DNA of 64,000 bases, taken from the NCBI GenBank assembly GCA_965116925.1, contig OZ220744.1:1600001-1664000 (forward strand). Reading direction: 5' to 3'. Below the pieces are notes generated by a model. That model searched no databases. It had not been told where the DNA came from and saw only the letters and a list, made by a program, of their open reading frames with translations. Position numbers and translations under genes: made by a program. This DNA comes from Candidatus Poribacteria bacterium (GTDB lineage Bacteria > Poribacteria > WGA-4E > PCPOR2b). Shown piece by piece: positions 30,143-39,481 of this stretch; within the stretch, counting starts at the first letter, position 1, and every line of letters begins with the position of its first letter.

Positions 30143-31549
30143 ATGCCGATAGCGAAACAAGCAGAATTTCAAGTTGGCTATGTTTGGATGGCTTTGGCGA
30201 TTGCCATCTTTGGTGGATTCGCGCTAGCTGGTCATCTCGCCTTCGTCATGGGCTTTGATCGACCGTTGGGCGATGGTTTTGCAAGCCTTATTCAGATTCA
30301 CGGACATCTACAATTGGTCGGTTGGGCGGGGTTATTTATTATCGGTATCAGTCTTCACTTCATTCCACGTCTATCAAGCGTTCCCATTTCACACCCCCAA
30401 TGGATTCCCCGTCTGCTTTGGCTCATCGGAATCGGTTTGCTACTACGATTTATTTCACACTCGATTCTACCCTACCTTGATAACGGCTTCCTTTTTATCT
30501 TCTTAAGTTGGATAACCGCCGCCTCCGGATTGCTTGAATGGTATGGGGTGCTGATCTACTTGGCACTGTTAGTAGGTACAACCTTCGGTATGTCTAAGAC
30601 GGATCGAAGACCGCCCTTGATGGCTGTCCGCCCATACTTTGGGATGATGATGGTGGGTTTTCTGCTCTACGCCACAATTCATGCCGTATTGCTGTTACTG
30701 ATGGCGTGGCGAGGGAACATTGTCGTGGGTCAAGCGTGGAATGAGATTTCGATTCACATCTTCATTGGTCTGGTGCTGTTGCCCGTTGCATTCGGGTTTT
30801 CAATTCGGATGCTTCCGCTTTATCTTCGGCTTCCAGTCGCAGATTGGCACGTTCGGCGTGTGGCATACGTTTATCTCATTGGATTTCTGTGCCAGATCAG
30901 GGAAATCCTTCCGATAGATTTCCTTAGCCATATAGAGGAGTACATCTCCAGCGTGGGAAGGTTGGTGAAAGCCAGCATCATCTTATACGTCGTCTGGAAA
31001 CTGGATGTTCTGACGCGCAGACAAGAGCCGCCGATTGCCCATCGCGATTTGCAGCCATCGCCGGATCGCCGAGCGACACGTGGGACTAGCCCGGACCACG
31101 GAGCGTATGGTCGGTTCGAGTGGCACATCTACGCTGCATACGGTTGGCTTGTATTCGGCGCACTTGCTGAGATGCTCATTGGCGGTTTTGGGATTTTTCG
31201 GCTCCCGCTTGCGATTAGTAGCGATGTAATTCGACACATCTATCTGCTCGGATTCATTACCAATCTTATCATGGGTATGGCGGTTCGGATGGTTCCCGGC
31301 TTTCTGAGAAAACGGCGCATTGCAAGCACAAGGTTGATTGATGGAACATTCTGGTTAACCAACGTCGCCGTTGTTGGAAGGGTAGTGCCCTTACTTCTAT
31401 CGTTGGTGCTATTCGATGTGCCTGAATCCATTGACATAATCGCTCAAGCCGCGTTTGGACTGTCAGGAATTTTAGGGCTACTGGCAACAATCTGCCTTGC
31501 TATCAACCTGTGGAAAACAGCGCGTGGTATGCCTACACAACCTGTGTAG
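30143..31549 (+). CDS. NnrS-like multi-pass membrane protein
   Basis: ~12 TM segments; IHGHLQLVGW...HFIPR and RHIYLLGF...GMAVRMVP motifs. Confidence 0.65.
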   Translation: MPIAKQAEFQVGYVWMALAIAIFGGFALAGHLAFVMGFDRPLGDGFASLIQIHGHLQLVGWAGLFIIGISLHFIPRLSSVPISHPQWIPRLLWLIGIGLLLRFISHSILPYLDNGFLFIFLSWITAASGLLEWYGVLIYLALLVGTTFGMSKTDRRPPLMAVRPYFGMMMVGFLLYATIHAVLLLLMAWRGNIVVGQAWNEISIHIFIGLVLLPVAFGFSIRMLPLYLRLPVADWHVRRVAYVYLIGFLCQIREILPIDFLSHIEEYISSVGRLVKASIILYVVWKLDVLTRRQEPPIAHRDLQPSPDRRATRGTSPDHGAYGRFEWHIYAAYGWLVFGALAEMLIGGFGIFRLPLAISSDVIRHIYLLGFITNLIMGMAVRMVPGFLRKRRIASTRLIDGTFWLTNVAVVGRVVPLLLSLVLFDVPESIDIIAQAAFGLSGILGLLATICLAINLWKTARGMPTQPV

Positions 31550-31621
31550 AAAGCACTTGTTGCTTCAACAGGCTTTCAGGTGGAGTGTGGAATGAGTAGG
31601 CGAACACCCCAGTTCCTTTGC

Positions 31622-32074
31622 CTATTTACGTGGTAAATGAATCGAACCGTGTCGTCGTGTTGACCATTCTTGGGCAACAATACGGAAAATATCGGACTCC
31701 GTAATGACACCAACAAGATTCACTCCCACGGGATCAACGACGGGTAGACCGCTGATCTTGTTTTCCAGCATTTTTTGCGCCGCTTCGCCGATTGTCGCAT
31801 CCTCAGCAACCGTTACTGGATCGGGTGTCATCACTTCCCCCACCGTCATCTGTTCCAGCTTTTGGGAGAGTGTCTGTTCCGTATTGCTGAATAAATCAAA
31901 CACTCGATATAAATCGCTCAAGGTCACGATGCCAACGAGTCGATCCGAAGCAACAACTGGCAGTCGCCGAATCTGATCGACAAGCATCAATTGATATGCC
32001 TCGACAATCTCCGTTTCTGGTTCGGCAATGCTTAACTCCTGCGCCATCCAATCCCTCACCAATGTGTGAATCAT
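31622..32074 (-). CDS. CBS-domain pair protein
   Basis: VRDWM, IRRLPVV...LVGIVTLSD, VGEVMT, ISGLPVV...GVITESD. Confidence 0.92.
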   Translation of the reverse strand: MIHTLVRDWMAQELSIAEPETEIVEAYQLMLVDQIRRLPVVASDRLVGIVTLSDLYRVFDLFSNTEQTLSQKLEQMTVGEVMTPDPVTVAEDATIGEAAQKMLENKISGLPVVDPVGVNLVGVITESDIFRIVAQEWSTRRHGSIHLPRK

Positions 32075-32147
32075 TTTGAGGCTCCTTTCTCACTTTTACT
32101 TTCGCGTTGAGTCGGTTGAGGTTCCCGACCTTGCTGAACAACAATTG

Positions 32148-32163
32148 TGCAAAAGCAGTGCCA
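32148..32163 (-). promoter_or_regulatory. Sigma-54 promoter for the CBS gene
   Basis: Minus strand TGGCAC-TGCTT-TTGCA. Confidence 0.78.
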
Positions 32164-32347
32164 GTTAAGAATGGGGATTACTGAACTTGTATGAGCTGCT
32201 CAATTTTCCCATCATTATAACCAGAATATAGCTAAAATGCACGTTAAATTTTTGGTGTTAGTAGCAGATAGCATCAGATGTAGATTTGAAAGGAGATAGC
32301 CTATATCTGCCTCTCCTCTCAATTATTTTACGTTGCACGTTCCAAAC

Positions 32348-32511
32348 TGACAAAATGTCGGGTGCCTTCCCGAAAAAATTGTGATTTTTGCCAGAATGTC
32401 AAACGAAAGTTGGATAGATTTTGGGTTTTTCGACAAAATGTCAATTTTGGTGGTTTTATTCCTAATTTTTCCTAGTAGATCAAGCGTCAAGTGCAAGCGT
32501 GTAAAATGTCA
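32348..32511. promoter_or_regulatory. Phased palindromic operator/enhancer boxes TGACA-N3-TGTCA
   Basis: TGACAAAATGTCG (32348), TGCCAGAATGTCA (32389), CGACAAAATGTCA (32431), half-site GTGTAAAATGTCA (32499). Confidence 0.65.
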
Positions 32512-32578
32512 TGTAAAACCTTACTGTTATTAGCTTCATCATCATCTTCCCTCCCGCAATTTTATCCGTTCGCTATTA

Positions 32579-32594
32579 TGGCACACCGATTGCA
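32579..32594 (+). promoter_or_regulatory. Sigma-54 promoter for the nos operon
   Basis: TGGCAC-ACCGA-TTGCA, 100 bp upstream of the nosZ ATG. Confidence 0.82.
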
Positions 32595-32694
32595 TATTTC
32601 AAGCCGAACCACAGGGCTTCATCATGACAAAGGTCCGGAGCGCAGCTAGAAACGTGCAAGGACATATAACTCTTCACAAAGGAGAAAAATCACC

Positions 32695-34689
32695 ATGCAA
32701 CACACGATTCGGCGACACTCGCTTTCAATGCTAGGACTTGCAATCTTCGGAGTTATTCTATACTTGGGCAGCCACCAGTCTCTACATGCACAACTCCCCG
32801 CTGATGCGATGCGTATTGTACAGGAACGCAGTTTAACCCCTGATGATATCAAGGCTGCCTTGGCGACCTATACCCCCACCGGCAGACATGATGAATATGT
32901 GATGTTCTCTTCCGGAGGGCACAGTGGTCAGGTCATCGCTGTCGGCCTGCCATCAATGCGTATCCTAAAGGTTATTGCGGTCTTTACGCCCGACCCGTGG
33001 CAAGGTTACGGTTATGGAGTGAAGGATGCACCGTTGGACGCCTCAAGCGAAGGGGTGACCGTTGAGGGACAACCCCTCACTTGGGCAGATACGCACCATC
33101 CTGCATTAAGTGAAACTGCAGGGGACTACGATGGCGAGTATCTGTTTATCAACGATAAAGCCAACGGTCGGATTGCCGTTATTGATTTGAGAGATTTTGA
33201 GACTAAACAGATTGTCAAGAACCCAATCTTCCTCAACGATCACGGCGCGACGATGGTGACTCCAGACACGGAGTATGTGGTGGAAGGTTCACAGTACGCC
33301 ATGCCGTTAGGTAATGAATATGCTCCTATTGCCGATTATAAAGAAAAGTATCGAGGGTTGATAACCTTCTGGAAGTTTGACCGTAGCAAAGGTCGCATTG
33401 TCAAAGATCAGTCGTTTGGAGTAGAACTTCCACCTTACTGGCAGGACCTCGCAGATGCTGGTAAGGTAGCGAGTGATGGCTGGGTGTTTTGTGGTTCATT
33501 TAATTCTGAACTAGCAACCGGCGGCATCGAAAGTGGAAATCCTCCCTTTGAGGCAGGCACGGCTGAACGGGATATGGATTATCTGCATCTTATCAACTGG
33601 CGTAAAGCCGAGGCAGCCTTTAAGGCTGGTAAGGTTGAGAAAATTAAGGGTTTCCCGGTGATTACAATTGAGACTGCGGTGGCGGAAGGTATCCTTTATC
33701 TGACGCCTGAACCCAAAAGTCCGCACGGTGTCGATGTTAGTCCTGGTGGAAAATACATTATTGTTTCAGGCAAACTGGATCCGCATGTCACAGTGTATCA
33801 CATTGACAAGATTAAGAAGGCCATCACCGACAAAGACTATGAAGGTGTAGATGAGTACGGTGTGCCAATCCTACGGTTTGACGCGGTCAAGGAAGCACAG
33901 ATAGAGGTTGGATTGGGACCGCTTCACACTCAATTCGACAATAAAGGATATGCCTATACCAGTCTGTTTCTTGATAGTGCGGTTGCACGGTGGACATTGG
34001 GACCGGATGCGAAATATAAAGCACCAGAGCGTTCATGGCGACTTATCCAGCAGCTACCCGTCCATTACAACATAGGCCATCTAGTGACTGCGGAGGGCGA
34101 TACAGTTGAACCGGATGGGAAGTATCTTGTCGCTCTGAACAAATGGGCGGTAGACCGCTTCCTGAATGTGGGACCATTACTTCCACAGAATCTGCAACTG
34201 GTTGACATAGCCCCAGAAGCCGATGGAATGGGATTGCTCTATGACATGCCGCTCGGTATCGGTGAACCGCACTATGCACAGATTATTAAAGCGGATAAAC
34301 TGAAGGCATGGGAGGTGTATCCTGAAGTTGGCTGGGATACCATTAAACAAGAGAAACATCCGAAAGCAGCACTCAAAGGTTCAATTAATCGGAATGGTGA
34401 CACCGTGGAAGTCTTCATGACCGCTATTCGGAGTCACTACGAACCTGAGATTGTAGAGGTCAACAAGGGTGATCGCGTGATACTAAATCTGACCAATCTT
34501 GAACGCACTTACGATGCGACGCACGGTTTCGCCCTGCCCGGTTATAATATCACCTCAAGCATTGAGGCTGGCGAAACGGTCACGCTCGATTTTGTTGCAG
34601 ATAAGGAAGGGGTCTATTCCTTCTACTGCACCGAGTTCTGTTCAGCACTTCATCTGGAGATGGCAGGATATTTCCTTGTCAAGCCGTGA
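32695..34689 (+). CDS. nosZ: Sec-dependent (clade II) nitrous-oxide reductase
   Basis: SSGGHSGQ...PSMR, CuZ ligands DTHH, NDH, SPHG, GPLH, IGH, EPH; CuA HGF...YCTEFCSALHLEM; Sec-type signal; no C-terminal CxxCH. Confidence 0.97.
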   Translation: MQHTIRRHSLSMLGLAIFGVILYLGSHQSLHAQLPADAMRIVQERSLTPDDIKAALATYTPTGRHDEYVMFSSGGHSGQVIAVGLPSMRILKVIAVFTPDPWQGYGYGVKDAPLDASSEGVTVEGQPLTWADTHHPALSETAGDYDGEYLFINDKANGRIAVIDLRDFETKQIVKNPIFLNDHGATMVTPDTEYVVEGSQYAMPLGNEYAPIADYKEKYRGLITFWKFDRSKGRIVKDQSFGVELPPYWQDLADAGKVASDGWVFCGSFNSELATGGIESGNPPFEAGTAERDMDYLHLINWRKAEAAFKAGKVEKIKGFPVITIETAVAEGILYLTPEPKSPHGVDVSPGGKYIIVSGKLDPHVTVYHIDKIKKAITDKDYEGVDEYGVPILRFDAVKEAQIEVGLGPLHTQFDNKGYAYTSLFLDSAVARWTLGPDAKYKAPERSWRLIQQLPVHYNIGHLVTAEGDTVEPDGKYLVALNKWAVDRFLNVGPLLPQNLQLVDIAPEADGMGLLYDMPLGIGEPHYAQIIKADKLKAWEVYPEVGWDTIKQEKHPKAALKGSINRNGDTVEVFMTAIRSHYEPEIVEVNKGDRVILNLTNLERTYDATHGFALPGYNITSSIEAGETVTLDFVADKEGVYSFYCTEFCSALHLEMAGYFLVKP

Positions 34690-37600
34690 ATGAATCAATG
34701 AACCAATTCTTAAAATTTAAACGCACCCGGCGCGAGTGGCTGGTAAGTGCGCTACTAATTGTTGCTAGTATCCTCCTGCTCGTTTCGTTGCTGTTTCCCT
34801 ACTGGCGGGTAGACCTTGAAGCGGGAATTTATCCGAAAGGATTAGCACTCGAACTTCGTCCCTACCGTCTTGATGGAGATATCAAGGAAATCGATGAACT
34901 GAACCACTACATCGGTATGCGAGAGTTGGAGTCGGCGGGGAAACTGGAGCGCACAATTGCTGTTCCGGCGATCATCATTGCGGGGTTATGCCTGCTGCTT
35001 GCGGCGTTTATTCCCCGCAAATGGTCAATATGGCTGACACTTCCCGGCTTAGTGTTTCCGGTTATTTTTCTAGGTGAGTTGTTCTGGTGGTTGGCGGATA
35101 GCGGACTCAATCTTGATCCAAAGGCACCGCTCAACCAATCAATTAAACCGTTTATCCCACCCATCTTCGGGGAAGGACGGATCGCGCAGTTCAACGCACA
35201 CGCCTTTTTCCAGGTTGGATTCTACCTTGCGCTGCTTGCGGCGGTGCTATCAAGGACAGCATTCTATCTGAAGAGGCCGGGATGGTTGGTCAAAGGGTTG
35301 ATGATTGACGCCTCGGTGTTGTTACTTATTTCACTGTTTTTCCCTTACTGGCGGGTAGATTTTGAGGTGCGAAAATTTCCGAAAGGTGCTATACTTCAAA
35401 TTCGGCCAGACCGTATCGAAGGAAACATCCGAGAAGTGAACAAACTGAACCGCGATATCGGAATGCGGAACATCGAATCGGCAGGTCAATTTGAACGGAA
35501 GATCGCCATTCCGTCTATTTTAATTATGGCATTGGGTTTGTTGGGTTCTGTCTTTGTACCGCGAAAATGGTCATCTTGGCTTGCGACCCCCGCCTTAATC
35601 TTTCCAATCATCTTTGTCGGTGCACTTTTTTGGTGGCTGCGGGATAGCGGTCTCAATCTCGATCCCGAAGTCGCACTCTACCCGGACATCGAACCCTTTA
35701 TCCCTCCTGTTGTTGGCACAGAAACAGTCAAATCGGTCACCACGATCTCGACATTTCAACTTGGGTTTTATCTTACCATTTTGACCGCTTTGCTGTCTAT
35801 CTGTGCACTTATGCTCAAAAGATACCGAGCTTTTCACCCTAAACAAACGGTGATGGGAGTTGTGCTGCTCATATCTTTATTCTCAGCTGCATCAACTTTG
35901 AACGCTGCAACGTTGACCGTTGATGAAAATTCCAGTATTGGCGATACGGTAAAACGTGCCACTCAGGGCGATACAATTGTGGTGCAAGGTGGAGTTCATC
36001 ATGAGCGGTTCATCGTAGATAAATCCGTAACCCTCCGCGGTGAAAATGGAGCAATTATTGACGGAGGTGCGGTTGGTAGTGTCATCACAATCCGTGCGCC
36101 GGCGGTGGTTGTCCGTGGATTCACAATTCGCAACACCGGTGACCGGCTTTCTGAAGGCGATGCCGGTATCATGATCAAAAAGGCAAGAGGAGCAATCATT
36201 GAGGAGAACCGATTTGAAGACGCTCTATTCGGAGTTCAAGTGCGGAATGCACCGGACAGCATTGTCCGAAACAACATCTTCCACGGCAAGGACCTCGATG
36301 TTGGGCGCCGGGGAGATTTGATTCGCGTCTGGTATAGTAGCGGTGCGGTGGTTGAAGATAACCGTGTTTTTGATGGTCGGGATGTTGTCATCTGGTATTC
36401 AAAAAATATCACGGTGCGTAGGAATGAGGTACGCAACGGGCGTTATGGGATTCACTTCATGTATTGCGACGATGCAACGATTGAAGATAATCGCCTGATT
36501 GGTAACTCGGTCGGGGTTTATTTGATGTATAGCTACCGTCTGCGGCTTCAGAAAAATTGGGTGATAGCTAACCGCGGTGCTAGCGGTTACGGGATTGGTC
36601 AGAAAGATATGTATGACGGGCTTATCGCGGACAATTTCGTTGCTGATAATCGGGCGGGAATGTTCATGGATAACTCAACGAACACTTTTCGCAATAACCT
36701 AATCGCTTTTAATGATTTTGGAATGCTTGCACTCCCCTCCGCCCGGAAGAACACCTTTGCTAAGAATAGCTTTGTTGACAATGGCGAACAGGTGGCTATT
36801 GAGGGGCAGGGGCGGCTTGGCACTAACCAATGGGCAGGTAATTACTGGAGTGATTACAGCGGTTATGATGCAGATGGGGATGGCATCGGGGATATGCCGT
36901 ATCAGTCAGTACATCTGTTTGAGAAGCTAACCGAGCAGCATCGCGCGTTACGGATTTTCACCTATAGTCCATCGGTGCAGGCACTCGATTTTGCCTCCCG
37001 ACTCTTTCCTGTTTTTACGCCCCAACCTAAGCTGGTGGATGACACCCCGCGTATGCGTCCTGTGATGCCCGATCTCAAAGCACCGAAAGGAGTGCTTTCA
37101 TCAGCATGGTTGTTGGGTGCTTCGATGTTATTCCTGTCCGCTCTGTCTATTTCTGGACACTTAAAAAAATGGTTAAATCCTATTGCGTCTCGCATTCCAT
37201 CCTTTACTTCTAACTTATCAGATAGGACAAAAGACTCAACATACGAGATGCAACATAAATCATCGGAGACGCAAGCAGTCCCTATCATATCCGTCGATAA
37301 TCTGATCAAACGTTTCGGTAAAACAACCGCAGTGGAACGGTTAAGTTTCGATATATCATCCGGAGAGACGGTAGCGTTATGGGGACCGAACGGTGCAGGT
37401 AAAACAACTGCGCTGCGCTGCTTACTGGGGGTATTGCCTTTTGATGGAACGATAACAGTCGGAGGCAATTCGTCGCGCAGCGAAAGTAAAATGGTTCGCC
37501 AGCAGATTGGTTACGTTCCACAGGAGGTTCGGCTCCACAGTGACTTGACGGTGAAAGAAACAATATCGTTTTACGCCCGCTTGCGACGTGTCTCTGAAGA

Positions 37601-38153
37601 TCGCTGGACAACCCTGATGGCTGAGTGGGATTTAACCGAGATTGCGGACAAACGGGTTGGAGATCTGTCGGGCGGCATGAGGCAGCGATTGGCGCTGGCA
37701 ATTGCCCTGCTGTCAGACCCGCCGATCCTGTTGTTGGACGAACCGACGAGTAATCTGGATGTCCATACCCGTCATGAGTTCTGGATGGCACTTGAAGATC
37801 TCAAGAAAGCCGGCAAGACTTTAATCTTCTGTACCCATAGGCTCGATGAAATTTTCAGACTGGCAGACCGTGTTATTGTGATAGATAGGGGAAAGAAGAT
37901 TGCTGAAGGTCCTCCAACACACCTTAATGGCCATCTATCAAGAGATGTGGTGTTGCACCTGTCGATCCCTGAATCGTTCCATGAAACAGCAGCAGACCTA
38001 CTTGAGGGACAAGGTTTCCCCACTAAATGTAACGGCGTGAAGATCTCAGTACAAGCACCGTATGATAGGAAAGCTGAACCGTTTCAAGTATTAGCGGAAT
38101 CTGCTATCCCGATCGACGATTTTGAATTAGCCGATAATCAAGATGAGGAATAA
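34686..38153 (+). CDS. nosD: Fusion protein NosB-NosB'-NosD-TM-NosF
   Basis: Two NosB-like membrane units (PYWRVD...PKG, LNHYIGM/LNRDIGM, LDP...PFIPP); NosD beta-helix (RYGIHFMY, GVYLMYS, GNYWSDY.GYD.DGDGIGD.PY); hydrophobic helix; ABC ATPase (GPNGAGKTT, LSGGM, LLLDEP). Start at 34686 (GTG) or 34698. Confidence 0.88.
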   Translation: MNESMNQFLKFKRTRREWLVSALLIVASILLLVSLLFPYWRVDLEAGIYPKGLALELRPYRLDGDIKEIDELNHYIGMRELESAGKLERTIAVPAIIIAGLCLLLAAFIPRKWSIWLTLPGLVFPVIFLGELFWWLADSGLNLDPKAPLNQSIKPFIPPIFGEGRIAQFNAHAFFQVGFYLALLAAVLSRTAFYLKRPGWLVKGLMIDASVLLLISLFFPYWRVDFEVRKFPKGAILQIRPDRIEGNIREVNKLNRDIGMRNIESAGQFERKIAIPSILIMALGLLGSVFVPRKWSSWLATPALIFPIIFVGALFWWLRDSGLNLDPEVALYPDIEPFIPPVVGTETVKSVTTISTFQLGFYLTILTALLSICALMLKRYRAFHPKQTVMGVVLLISLFSAASTLNAATLTVDENSSIGDTVKRATQGDTIVVQGGVHHERFIVDKSVTLRGENGAIIDGGAVGSVITIRAPAVVVRGFTIRNTGDRLSEGDAGIMIKKARGAIIEENRFEDALFGVQVRNAPDSIVRNNIFHGKDLDVGRRGDLIRVWYSSGAVVEDNRVFDGRDVVIWYSKNITVRRNEVRNGRYGIHFMYCDDATIEDNRLIGNSVGVYLMYSYRLRLQKNWVIANRGASGYGIGQKDMYDGLIADNFVADNRAGMFMDNSTNTFRNNLIAFNDFGMLALPSARKNTFAKNSFVDNGEQVAIEGQGRLGTNQWAGNYWSDYSGYDADGDGIGDMPYQSVHLFEKLTEQHRALRIFTYSPSVQALDFASRLFPVFTPQPKLVDDTPRMRPVMPDLKAPKGVLSSAWLLGASMLFLSALSISGHLKKWLNPIASRIPSFTSNLSDRTKDSTYEMQHKSSETQAVPIISVDNLIKRFGKTTAVERLSFDISSGETVALWGPNGAGKTTALRCLLGVLPFDGTITVGGNSSRSESKMVRQQIGYVPQEVRLHSDLTVKETISFYARLRRVSEDRWTTLMAEWDLTEIADKRVGDLSGGMRQRLALAIALLSDPPILLLDEPTSNLDVHTRHEFWMALEDLKKAGKTLIFCTHRLDEIFRLADRVIVIDRGKKIAEGPPTHLNGHLSRDVVLHLSIPESFHETAADLLEGQGFPTKCNGVKISVQAPYDRKAEPFQVLAESAIPIDDFELADNQDEE

Positions 38154-38156
38154 ACC

Positions 38157-38993
38157 ATGATTGCTGCAGCTTCTAACATTTCTGTTGTGATGGGTAAAGA
38201 GATACAAGACTCTCGCCGCAACCGATGGTTTCTGCTGTTCACGGTTGTTTTTACTGGATTGGCACTCGGTTTAAGTACACTCGGATTTTCGGGGCTCGGC
38301 ACCTTCGGCGTAGCCGGCTTTGGACGCACGGTTGCTAGTCTCATTAATCTTGTTGTACTGATTGCGCCCCTGATGGGTTTACTGCTCGGCGCTATCAGCA
38401 TATCCGGTGAGCGGGAACGAGGCAGTCTACTTCCGATTCTAGCGCAGCCTGTGACGCCAACAGAAGTGTTGCTCGGAAAGTTTTTCGGAACAGCGGCAGC
38501 ACTCGCTGCAGCGATCCTTTTCGGGTTCGGACTAAGCGGATTTGTGATTGCGTGGCGAGGTGGTTTCGCCCAACTGGACAATTATTTGATGCTGGTCGGG
38601 TTGACTTTGCTGCTCGGTCTTGTTCATCTTAGTATTGGCTTCTGTCTATCTGTCCTCACATCAAAAAGCGCGACAACATTGAGTCTTGCCCTCATCCTCT
38701 GGCTGTCAATTGTGTTTCTCAGCGATCTCGGTCTCATTGGGACAGCAATTGTGCTCAGACTATCACCGGAGGTATTGCTTGCAGCAGTGCTGTTGAACCC
38801 AGCGCAGGTTTTCAAATTGGCGGCAATTCAGATGATACAGGGGAATTTAGAGTTACTCGGCACCGCGGGACGTTATGCTGCGGATGTGTTAGGCGTTTTC
38901 TTACTGCCGGTACTGATGGCATTACTCGTTTTCTGGGTGTTTATCCCACTCGGAATCGCTATTTACATCTTTCCACGAAGGAGTGCACAATGA
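38157..38993 (+). CDS. nosY: ABC transporter permease NosY
   Basis: KEIQDSRRNRW, ISGERERGSL..ILAQPV...LLGKF, LLNP; nos context. Confidence 0.9.
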   Translation: MIAAASNISVVMGKEIQDSRRNRWFLLFTVVFTGLALGLSTLGFSGLGTFGVAGFGRTVASLINLVVLIAPLMGLLLGAISISGERERGSLLPILAQPVTPTEVLLGKFFGTAAALAAAILFGFGLSGFVIAWRGGFAQLDNYLMLVGLTLLLGLVHLSIGFCLSVLTSKSATTLSLALILWLSIVFLSDLGLIGTAIVLRLSPEVLLAAVLLNPAQVFKLAAIQMIQGNLELLGTAGRYAADVLGVFLLPVLMALLVFWVFIPLGIAIYIFPRRSAQ

Positions 38994-39463
38994 AACCAAC
39001 GAAAATGGAAGGAAGGGAAATACTCATTTCAGGTTTCACATATCTTGTGTTTGTCATCGGACTAATCATGACCGGCTGTGGGACGCAAGATAACGGCCCC
39101 CCTCGCATCCGATACGGTGAAGAAACTTGCGATCGATGCCGCATGATTATCAGCGAAAAACGGTTCGCTGCCGCATATCGGACCGAATCCGGTGCACTGC
39201 GAAAGTTCGATGATTTGGGTTGTGCAGTACTCCATCCAAGAGAACAAGAGGAAACGATAGCGCAATTTTGGGGGTATGATTACGAAGAGACCGATTGGTT
39301 GGAGGTAAGACAAGCATTCTTGGTACATAGTTCGGAGCTCTTGACTCCGATGGGATATGGAATTGCTGTTCTTCCAACAGCGGAAAAAGCTACGGCATTA
39401 GCAGAAAAGGTAGGTGGTCGAATCGTGCAATTTGACCAACTTTATCCAATTTTACAACCATAA
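38990..39463 (+). CDS. nosL: Copper chaperone lipoprotein NosL
   Basis: Lipobox MTGC, CDRCRMIISE, FDDLGC, TPMGYG. Confidence 0.9.
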   Translation: MKPTKMEGREILISGFTYLVFVIGLIMTGCGTQDNGPPRIRYGEETCDRCRMIISEKRFAAAYRTESGALRKFDDLGCAVLHPREQEETIAQFWGYDYEETDWLEVRQAFLVHSSELLTPMGYGIAVLPTAEKATALAEKVGGRIVQFDQLYPILQP

Positions 39464-39481
39464 ATGAAAGGAGAATAAACG

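Noticed and set aside
32695..32790. IRRH in the NosZ leader as a Tat signal
   Set aside because: Lacks the RRxF(L) consensus; the leader is short and Sec-like, and the catalytic motifs are clade II.
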